From positions 16,023 to 80,022 of the forward strand of contig JBFMGU010000010.1 in the NCBI GenBank assembly GCA_040752415.1: a stretch of 64,000 bases of DNA, written 5' to 3'. Every line of letters begins with the position of its first letter. The first letter of the stretch is position 1. A program made the position numbers and the translations under genes. Below, in pieces: positions 45,951-53,410 of this stretch. This DNA is from Myxococcota bacterium (GTDB lineage Bacteria > Myxococcota > JACRCW01). Under the pieces are notes generated by a model. It was not told where the DNA came from. It did not search any database and worked only from the letters and a program-made list of their open reading frames with translations.

Positions 45951-47612
45951 TCATCGGATCCGGAACCGCGCGAACAGCCCCGGCTCTCCCGACCACTCCT
46001 TCTCCAACAGACGTACCTCCAGCTCCATCATGCGCTCGTAGGACAGCGCGTAGCCGATGGCGCTGTGCCGGTATTCCTCCTTCTTGCGTCGCTCATAGAC
46101 GCCAATGAGCTTCTTCCTGCCCTCCTCCGACAACCACACCTGCGGTCCCGTGACCGTGAAATCGGCTGCCGGGTCGAACGTGCGCCGGTTCACCGCCGCC
46201 ATGACCGCCATGTCCACCACCGGCACCCGGAAGAGCTCCATCAGGTCCAGCACCAGCGGCCAGGCCGCCGAGCGGGGCTGGTGCAGCACGCCGAAGGCCG
46301 GCTCCAGGCCCACGCGGAGGACCGCGCTGAAGATGTCGCGTTCCAGCAGCGCGTAGCCGAACGACAACAGCGCATTGAACCGGTCCCGCGGCGGCCGCTG
46401 CGACCTGCCCGCCGGCCGGAGCTCCTCACCCGCCTCCGGGCTCACCAGCACGCTCAGCGCGCCGAAGTACGCACGGGCCGCGAGGCCCTCGTTGCCCATC
46501 AGCGCGTCGCGGTCGGCGGCGCGCGCCAGCCCGGAGAGGCCGGAGCGCATGGTACGCAGGTGTTGATCCACCTGGGGGCGCAGCCCTCCGTCCCCGCGCG
46601 ACGCGCGCAGCACGTGGCGTAGCTGCATCTCCACCTTCGCGTGGAGCAGGCGCCGGGCGAGCGAGAGCGCGCGGTCATCATCCGTCAGTCCGCGGTACTG
46701 CCGGATGCGCCGCTGCACGCCGCCGCTGGGACCGCTGAAGGTCCCCAGCAGGCTCCCCGACATGGTGACCAGGTGGACCGGGATGCGCTCGTCGGCGCAG
46801 AGGCGCAGCGCCTGGGTGGTGATCTGCGCATACCCGTGCAGGGTGATGTCCCCGACCTCCCGCGCACCGACCTTGAGGGGCGTCTCGTCGGGCGCCACCA
46901 CGGTGAAGCCCTCTCCGCTGCGCGAGACCCGTGCCCCCTGGGTCAGCACGTGCAGCGAGCGCCGCTCCGAGTCCGCGGGGAACAGTCGCAGCGGCGTGGG
47001 CGTGGCGGCGTCCTCCGCCTGGGCCAACCGGACCTCCTCCGGCAGGCAGACCGGCGCCAGGGAGCACCGGACGCATTTCCGCTCGTCGGTGGTCACCGGC
47101 GGGCGCTCGGTGAAGCGCGCCAGCTCACGCGCGCGGCGGACCGCGAGGGCCACCTCGGTGCGGAGCACGTCGGTGATTGGGATGCGCACGGTGACGTTGT
47201 CGCGGTGGTAGCGGATGCGCGCCTCGGCCACCGGGCGACCCAGGTGCTCCTCCAGCAGCATGGCGTAGGCGGCGGCTTGCACGCGGTCGGCGTCCCAGGC
47301 GCCGGGCCCTCCGTCGGTGCGTCGGGCGCGGCCGCGCTTGTGCTCGACCGGGAAGACGGTCCCGTCGCGCTTGCGCAGCGCGTCCACCTTCCCGCGCATG
47401 CCCAGCCGGGCGGACTCCAGCGTTAGCTCGACGACCTCCGCGGGCTCGTCCAGCTCCGCGTGCAGCACGCGACCGGCCCAGACCGCCTCGTCGGCAACGC
47501 GGATCTCCTCGACCTCCTCCAGGAAGAACAGGCGCTCGCAGTAGAGCAGGGCGTGCAGCGCCATGACGCGCACAGTGGGGAGGCGCGCGTCTTCCAGGGC
47601 TTCCAGGGTCAT
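45951..47612 (-). CDS. cas1: Cas4-Cas1 fusion (Myxan type)
   Basis: N-terminal Cas4 (YCERL, KVD, VEHKRG, CVRCSLAPVC) followed by Cas1 (EGLAARAYF, RPPRDRFNALLSFGY, GVLH, LDLMELFR). Confidence 0.96.
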   Translation of the reverse strand: MTLEALEDARLPTVRVMALHALLYCERLFFLEEVEEIRVADEAVWAGRVLHAELDEPAEVVELTLESARLGMRGKVDALRKRDGTVFPVEHKRGRARRTDGGPGAWDADRVQAAAYAMLLEEHLGRPVAEARIRYHRDNVTVRIPITDVLRTEVALAVRRARELARFTERPPVTTDERKCVRCSLAPVCLPEEVRLAQAEDAATPTPLRLFPADSERRSLHVLTQGARVSRSGEGFTVVAPDETPLKVGAREVGDITLHGYAQITTQALRLCADERIPVHLVTMSGSLLGTFSGPSGGVQRRIRQYRGLTDDDRALSLARRLLHAKVEMQLRHVLRASRGDGGLRPQVDQHLRTMRSGLSGLARAADRDALMGNEGLAARAYFGALSVLVSPEAGEELRPAGRSQRPPRDRFNALLSFGYALLERDIFSAVLRVGLEPAFGVLHQPRSAAWPLVLDLMELFRVPVVDMAVMAAVNRRTFDPAADFTVTGPQVWLSEEGRKKLIGVYERRKKEEYRHSAIGYALSYERMMELEVRLLEKEWSGEPGLFARFRIR

Positions 47613-47648
47613 GGGAACCTCCTTGCGGGAGGCTGGCTTCGGAGCGTC

Positions 47649-48608
47649 TCAGCCTGTGTGAGACGGCGCCCGGTACGGAGACAGCGCAGTCTCCAGCTCC
47701 GCCCGCACCTGCTCACGGAAGAACGCGGGCTCCAGCGCCTCCGCGTTGCGGCCCCAGCGCAGGACCCAGTGCAGTGCCTCCATGGTGCCGGCCACGTGCG
47801 CCCGGACCACGACGGCACCGTCGGGCTGCGGAGCCAGGGTCTGGGTGTCGCTGAGGGGCCACTCGTGGATCAGTGGTGCCACCTGCGCGCGAATCCGCAC
47901 CGCCACCTCCACGGTGTCGCCCGACCAGATGCCCATGCTGTTGGCGAAGATCCGTTGCGGGTCGTAGTCGGGGCGCTGCGCGGCGGGCTCATCCAGGATC
48001 TCCGGCTGCTCGGCGCGGGCGGGCTTGAAGACGCGCCAGTCGTTCCGCTGCGTGTCGAAAGCCACCAGGTAGAGCTGATCCTCATGCAGGCGAAGCTCCT
48101 GCGGGTCAACCACGCGGCGCTCCGGGCTCCCGCCGGGCTTCCGGTACAGGAACGCGAGGCGGCGACGCTGGGCCACCGCGGTCTCCATGGCGCGGATGAC
48201 ATCCCCGGGAACCTGCGGGTGCGCGCTGGGCGCCAGCGTCACGGGCAACTCGGCCACGCGCGGCGGAGCCATGGCTGCCAGCAGGCCGTCGAGCTCGCGC
48301 AGGATCTCCGTGCCCTCCAGCGGCGTCATGACCTGGCGCAACATCAGGATCGCGGCCACCTGCATCGGCGTCGGGCGAAGCGGCGGTAAGCTCCATTCCA
48401 GCAGGTAGCGGGTCTCACCGTTCACCGTCTCGGTCCGGATGGGCACGCCCGCTTCCTCCAGGGTCTCGAGGTCGCGGTAGACGGTGGCGCGACTGGCGTT
48501 GCACCGCTCCACCAGCTGCTCCACGCGCAAGCCACGTTTCACGCCCTGAAGAGCGAGGACGTGGCCGAGCTGTCGGGTGAGCATCTCCTTGTTCTTCCAG
48601 CGGGCCAT
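47649..48608 (-). CDS. HTH-WYL-WCX transcriptional regulator
   Basis: HTH SRATVYRDLETL, YRKP...RVVDP, LYLVAFD..RNDWRVFKPAR, WVLRWG...LEP. Confidence 0.93.
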   Translation of the reverse strand: MARWKNKEMLTRQLGHVLALQGVKRGLRVEQLVERCNASRATVYRDLETLEEAGVPIRTETVNGETRYLLEWSLPPLRPTPMQVAAILMLRQVMTPLEGTEILRELDGLLAAMAPPRVAELPVTLAPSAHPQVPGDVIRAMETAVAQRRRLAFLYRKPGGSPERRVVDPQELRLHEDQLYLVAFDTQRNDWRVFKPARAEQPEILDEPAAQRPDYDPQRIFANSMGIWSGDTVEVAVRIRAQVAPLIHEWPLSDTQTLAPQPDGAVVVRAHVAGTMEALHWVLRWGRNAEALEPAFFREQVRAELETALSPYRAPSHTG

Positions 48609-48890
48609 GGGGCCTCCGGTAGTGACGTCGCGGACAGTGACCCTGCCTTACCGCAACTTTAGTTGCACGGGTGATCGATCATGAGCAGGTCACGCCGTCG
48701 CGCATCACCAGGCATCCCGGTTAACCGGAGCCGAAACCGCGGTAATCCAATGGAAGGGCAACCCGCCGCGGGGGACATTTCCTCTCTCCATCCGTCACCT
48801 GTCCCTTGCTCTTCAACGCGGGCCGTGGTCACCTGCCGCCCGTTGCGGCCAATGGGGGCCCGCAAAAAAAACACACTCATGGGGGTATCA

Positions 48891-49697
48891 ATGACAACGA
48901 CGCTCAGCGCGCTCGACGAGCTGAAGGACCTCACCTCTCCGTACGACGCCAAGGGACGCACGTTTCTGTCCAAGACCTATACGTTCCTGGTCAACGTCAC
49001 CGTGCCGCGCATCGCCGCACGCGCCGCGAAATGCGGCTACGACAACGCGGAGCACCAGGAGGGCAAAGAGCTGCACGCGGTGGCCTCCGGCCTCAAGCGG
49101 CCTCTGGTGCACTTCCTTTCGGAGGCGGAGCGGAAGGTTGCCGCCGGAGACGGGAAGCTCCGCGCCATCATCAAGAAGACCGACGACGACGAGAACACCT
49201 GGTTCCCGCGGACCCGCAGCGCCATCCAGCGCTTCGTTCATGCTGATCACCGGCAGGCCGTGGAGGAAGCGTTCTTCGCCGACCTGGCTCAGCAGCCCGA
49301 GGGTCCCGCCGTCATCGACTCCATGGAGCGCTACCTGGAGCGCCTGGACGGGCTCAAGAACAGCGACAAGCCCGGTGCCAAGGAGGCGTTTGCTTCGCTG
49401 CAGAAGAAGGGGCTGACGGACGCGGAGATTGCGCGGATCAAGGACCAGATCGCCAAGGCCAAGGAGCTGGTCGTCATCCCGGCGCCCCCGGTTGATGAAG
49501 AGGAGCAGCGCAAGGCCGCTGCAGCGCAGCTGGAGGCGTTCGACAAGCTGAAGCGCTGGTACGGGGATTGGGCGGACACGCTCCGCCAGGAACTGCCCCA
49601 CAATGACTTGGTCCGCCTGGGCCTTCGGGCGCAGAAGGGCGGCCGCGCCGCGGCCGCGGGCAAGGATGAGGATACGGACGAGCTGGTTCCGGCGTGA
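48891..49697 (+). CDS. Hypothetical, probably all-helical 268-aa protein
   Basis: Strong GC3 codon bias; GYDNAEHQEG and WYGDWADTLR...LVRLGL segments; no family recognised. Confidence 0.8.
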   Translation: MTTTLSALDELKDLTSPYDAKGRTFLSKTYTFLVNVTVPRIAARAAKCGYDNAEHQEGKELHAVASGLKRPLVHFLSEAERKVAAGDGKLRAIIKKTDDDENTWFPRTRSAIQRFVHADHRQAVEEAFFADLAQQPEGPAVIDSMERYLERLDGLKNSDKPGAKEAFASLQKKGLTDAEIARIKDQIAKAKELVVIPAPPVDEEEQRKAAAAQLEAFDKLKRWYGDWADTLRQELPHNDLVRLGLRAQKGGRAAAAGKDEDTDELVPA

Positions 49698-49774
49698 CCC
49701 ACATCACGGTTCCGGCACCACTTCCATGACGGTTTTCGGGGCTGCGTGGGCATGCCGAGCAGGAACGGCCACCC

Positions 49775-49928
49775 TCGACCCCCGGATTGGTGACTCCAGA
49801 CCACAGGATTGCCAGCGTTCGACCCTCGGAATGGGGAGTCTAGTCCACAGGATCGCGGGCGACCGATCCCTGGCTTGCCTACGGGCGACCCCTGGATGCG
49901 GTTGTGGGACTCCCCGGATGCCGTCGAC
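49775..49928. repeat. Seven degenerate tandem 22-bp units with core GACCCCNGGAT
   Basis: Units start at 49775, 49797, 49819, 49841, 49863, 49885 and 49907; the first two 44-bp blocks match at 34/44. Confidence 0.7.
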
Positions 49929-50054
49929 GCGATTCTGTGTCTCCGCCGTCCCTTGCTGAGAGGTGGTTTTGCGACAATGCGTTGATTGTCTCTGTGTTTT
50001 CAGTGGGTTGGCGTGCCGTCCGTCCCGGATCCCCGAGTGGGTGGCAGATCAGGG

Positions 50055-50083
50055 TTGACACCTTGCGGGCTACTCCCTACTCA
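50055..50083 (+). promoter_or_regulatory. Putative sigma70 promoter for the CRISPR-like RNA and cas6 operon
   Basis: TTGACA (50055-50060), 17 bp, TACTCA (50078-50083); the -10 match is imperfect. Confidence 0.6.
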
Positions 50084-50194
50084 GTGTCAACATCGAATCG
50101 ACCGCACCGGTGCGGCGCAGTGTGGAGGAGTGGCTTCCAAACCCACCCCTCGGCCCCGCCGGCGCGGTTCGTCCGCGCCTCCAAAACGCGGCAC

Positions 50195-50326
50195 CAGATT
50201 CGTCCTTGATCGTCGCGCCGGCTCCCCAGCGGGGGGCGCGCGCGTGGCGTTGAGCACTTGACCCTGAGGAGGGAGTGACCCGGCCTCATGGTGCCGTCAT
50301 GGATGCCTTCGGGCGCTCCGTCGCAC
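50195..50326 (+). ncRNA. CRISPR-like regulatory RNA (CreR/CreA-type): pseudo-repeat, 30-nt spacer, pseudo-repeat
   Basis: Exact repeat 3' end GGCGTTGAGCAC at 50246-50257; spacer 50258-50287; degenerate repeat ATGGTGCCGTCATGGATGCCTTCGGGCG from 50288; the spacer matches 50090-50072 (minus strand) next to ATG. Confidence 0.85.
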
Positions 50327-50396
50327 TTTGGGTTGTCGCAGAAGAGCTGAGACGGCGACGGCGCACCGTGCGCCGCGCCGCAAGAAGGAGCTTGGA

Positions 50397-51026
50397 ATGA
50401 GCCAGGTTGAGGCCGAGGAGGTTGTGGACGTGGCGTTCCCCTTGAAGGGGAAGCGAGTTCCACTGGATCACGGTTACGCACTCTTTGGCGCGCTCAGCCG
50501 GGAGTTGCCAGCGTTGCATGAGATGCACGGCCTCGGCCTGCACGCCATCCGGGGCAAGATGGAGGAACGCGGAACGCTGACTCTGCGGACGGGGAGCAGT
50601 GTGACGCTCCGGGTGCCGACGAGCCAGCTTGGTTTGTTCATGACGTTGGTGGGCAAGACCCTGGAGCTGGACGGTCACCGCATCACGCTTCTGCCTCCTC
50701 GAGTCTTCCCCTTGCGCCCCGTGGTGGCGCTGAAGGCGCATTTGGTGACCATCAAGAATCACAAAGAACGAGCGACTTTTATCGAAGCGGTGAAGGCGCA
50801 ACTCGCTGCGGTGCCGGGGTTGCAGCAAGATCCCGCAACCATCGACGTGGTCGTGCCGGAAGAGCCTCGCGGTCGCCGGATTCTCCGTGTTGCGGAGCAC
50901 AAGGTCGTCGGTTTTGTCGTGGGGCTTGATGGTCTCGGGGCGGATGCGTCGCTGGCCGTTCAGCGTCACGGCCTGGGTGGGCGCCGACACATGGGTGCGG
51001 GCGTGTTTGTTCCCGCGCGAGCGTGA
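50397..51026 (+). CDS. cas6: Cas6 (Myxan type)
   Basis: VDVAFPLKG...DHGYALFGALS; C-terminal G-rich loop GLGGRRHMGAGVF; AAGGAG RBS. Confidence 0.95.
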   Translation: MSQVEAEEVVDVAFPLKGKRVPLDHGYALFGALSRELPALHEMHGLGLHAIRGKMEERGTLTLRTGSSVTLRVPTSQLGLFMTLVGKTLELDGHRITLLPPRVFPLRPVVALKAHLVTIKNHKERATFIEAVKAQLAAVPGLQQDPATIDVVVPEEPRGRRILRVAEHKVVGFVVGLDGLGADASLAVQRHGLGGRRHMGAGVFVPARA

Positions 51027-53410
51027 AGCGGAAAGAAATGCGCATGCCCCAACATCTTCCCGCCAAAAGTCCTCGCCGCGACGGCGAGCTGCTCTCCCTG
51101 GACCGTCACTGTGCGGAGACCGAAGAAGCCGCGTCACGCCTCTTTCGCCCGCAGGGCGAGTGGAGTCGTTGGGGCAACGCATGGTGCCGGTTCTTCCGCA
51201 TCCCGGTCCCGCTGCGCGACCGCTGGCTGTTGAACTTGCGGGTGGCGTGTCTGGCGCACGACCTCGGCAAGGCGAATGCGGACTTCGTGAAGGCAGTGAT
51301 CGAGAGGGGGTTTCACGAACAGCCCATCAGGCATGAGCACCTGAGCGCGCTGTTCCTTCACCTGCCGGCGGTGCGGGCGTGGCTGCGTGGGAACACCGGG
51401 CTCGACGTCGATGTCATCACCGCCGCTGTCTTGAGCCACCACCTCAAGGCCCACGACGGGACCGGTGAGCACCCCCCTTGGCAATGGGGCAACTTCCAGG
51501 GGTTAGTGCAGCAGGTTGTCCTGCACTTCTCGCATCCCGACGTGCAGCGAATCCTGGACAGGATGGCGGAGGTGGCTGGTCTGCCACGGCTCACGTTCCA
51601 ACCGCCCGCGCGTTACACCGCGAAGGAATGGGAAAAGGAACGGAGCGACGGCAAGCGCGCCGCTCACGACCTTCGCAAGGCTGCGTGCGGCACCTCCGAG
51701 AGCGTCGAAGCAAGGGACCCCGCGCGGCAGTCGCTCCTGCTGGCAACCAAGGCGGGAGTGATCGTGGCGGATGCCGTGTCGAGCGGGCTGTTCCGCGAGG
51801 GCCATTCCCTGGCGGACTGGATTGCACGGCATGTCCACCGGCCACCGCTAGCCGCCGAAGATCTTGAACGGGAGATCCTGGCGCCGCGGATTCGCGAGCT
51901 GGAGGGACAGCGCAAGGCAAAATTCAGCTATCACCGGTTCCAGGACCTGGCCGCGGAGCAGCCCGGCCGTGCGTTGCTCATGGCGGCGTGCGGCGCCGGC
52001 AAGTCCATGGCGGCGTATCGGTGGGCCCAGTCGCAGTTGGCGCACCAGCCCCTTGGCTCGGTCCTGTTCCTCTACCCCACGCGCGGCACCGCCACCGAGG
52101 GCTTCCGCGACTACGTGGGCCACGCTCCGGAGACGGAAGCGACGCTCCTGCACGGGAGCAGCGCGTACGAGCTGAGGGGCATCGCGGAGAACCCAAGCGA
52201 AGCGACGCAGGGCAAGAATTACTCCCTGGAAGAAGCCAGCGCCCGGCTGTTCGCGTTGGGGCTGTGGGGACGCCGGTACTTCAGCGCCACGGTCGACCAG
52301 TTCATCTCGTTCATGGAGCACCGCTACGAGAGCCTATGTCTCCTCCCGCTACTGGCCGACTCGGCGGTGATCATCGACGAGGTGCACAGCTTCAGTGAGA
52401 GCATGCTGCGGAGTCTCCTGGCTTTCCTGAAGCGCTTTGATGTGCCGGTGCTGTGCATGACGGCCACGCTCCTTCCGCAGCGACGCGAGCAGTTGCAGGC
52501 GGCTGGGCTCAAGGTGTTTCCGGACGGGGCGGAGCGCGCGGAGCTCCAGGACCTTGAGGTCGCGGAGGACCACCCCCGCTACTCGCTGGAGCCGGTGGAG
52601 GGTGAGGAGGAAGCGTTGCAGCGCGCGGTGGCTGCCTTCGAGGCAGGAAACCGTGTGCTCTGGGTGGTGAATACGGTGCGTCGCTGCCAGGCGCTTGCAA
52701 GAAAGCTGGACGCGCGTCTTGGCAGGATTCCGCTTTGCTACCACAGCCGGTTCAAGCTGGATGACCGCAAGCGGATGCACGGTGAGACGGTCAGCGCGTT
52801 CAAGCAGCGGGCAACGCCGCAGGTGGCGGTGACCACCCAGGTCTGTGAGATGAGCCTGGACCTGGATGCGGACGTGCTCATCACGGAATGGGCGCCACCT
52901 TCGTCACTGGTGCAGCGCTTTGGGCGGTGCAACCGCAAGCTGGATGGGAAGAAGGACGGCTTCACGGGGCGACTCATCACCTACAAACCAGAAAGCCACC
53001 GCCCCTACGAGAAGGAGGATCTGGCGGACGCTGCAGCGTTCCTCGCGGAGCTTCCAGGGAGCACACTCAGCCAGAAGAAGTTGGCGGAGAAGCTTGATGC
53101 GCTCCCGCGGCGCGGTGGGACGCCCTCAACCGCGACGGCCTTCCTCACGGGCGGGTATTTCGCGACACCGGGGCATTTCCGCGAAGAAGACGAATTCGGG
53201 GCCAACGCGGTGTTGCGCACCGAAGCGGCGGAGGTCGTGGCTGCTCTGGAGCGCGGAAAGCCGATTGATGGATACCTGATCAACGTCCCCAGGAAGGACT
53301 GTCTCCCGGATGCGGAGCGGCCTGCGGGGCTGCCGCCGCATGTGCACGTCGTGGATGAGAACCGGTACACGCGTGAGCTGGGATTCCTGGTGGACAAGGA
53401 GACGGCATGA
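51023..53410 (+). CDS. cas3: Cas3 HD nuclease-helicase
   Basis: HDLGKA, SHH, Walker A CGAGKS, IIDEVH, MTAT, QRFGRCNR. Confidence 0.97.
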   Translation: MKRKEMRMPQHLPAKSPRRDGELLSLDRHCAETEEAASRLFRPQGEWSRWGNAWCRFFRIPVPLRDRWLLNLRVACLAHDLGKANADFVKAVIERGFHEQPIRHEHLSALFLHLPAVRAWLRGNTGLDVDVITAAVLSHHLKAHDGTGEHPPWQWGNFQGLVQQVVLHFSHPDVQRILDRMAEVAGLPRLTFQPPARYTAKEWEKERSDGKRAAHDLRKAACGTSESVEARDPARQSLLLATKAGVIVADAVSSGLFREGHSLADWIARHVHRPPLAAEDLEREILAPRIRELEGQRKAKFSYHRFQDLAAEQPGRALLMAACGAGKSMAAYRWAQSQLAHQPLGSVLFLYPTRGTATEGFRDYVGHAPETEATLLHGSSAYELRGIAENPSEATQGKNYSLEEASARLFALGLWGRRYFSATVDQFISFMEHRYESLCLLPLLADSAVIIDEVHSFSESMLRSLLAFLKRFDVPVLCMTATLLPQRREQLQAAGLKVFPDGAERAELQDLEVAEDHPRYSLEPVEGEEEALQRAVAAFEAGNRVLWVVNTVRRCQALARKLDARLGRIPLCYHSRFKLDDRKRMHGETVSAFKQRATPQVAVTTQVCEMSLDLDADVLITEWAPPSSLVQRFGRCNRKLDGKKDGFTGRLITYKPESHRPYEKEDLADAAAFLAELPGSTLSQKKLAEKLDALPRRGGTPSTATAFLTGGYFATPGHFREEDEFGANAVLRTEAAEVVAALERGKPIDGYLINVPRKDCLPDAERPAGLPPHVHVVDENRYTRELGFLVDKETA

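Noticed and set aside
50049..50061. Second possible guide site (GTG-TCAACCCTGA, 8/10 match) over the -35 box
   Set aside because: Two seed mismatches and a non-ATG PAM; much weaker than the 50090-50072 site.
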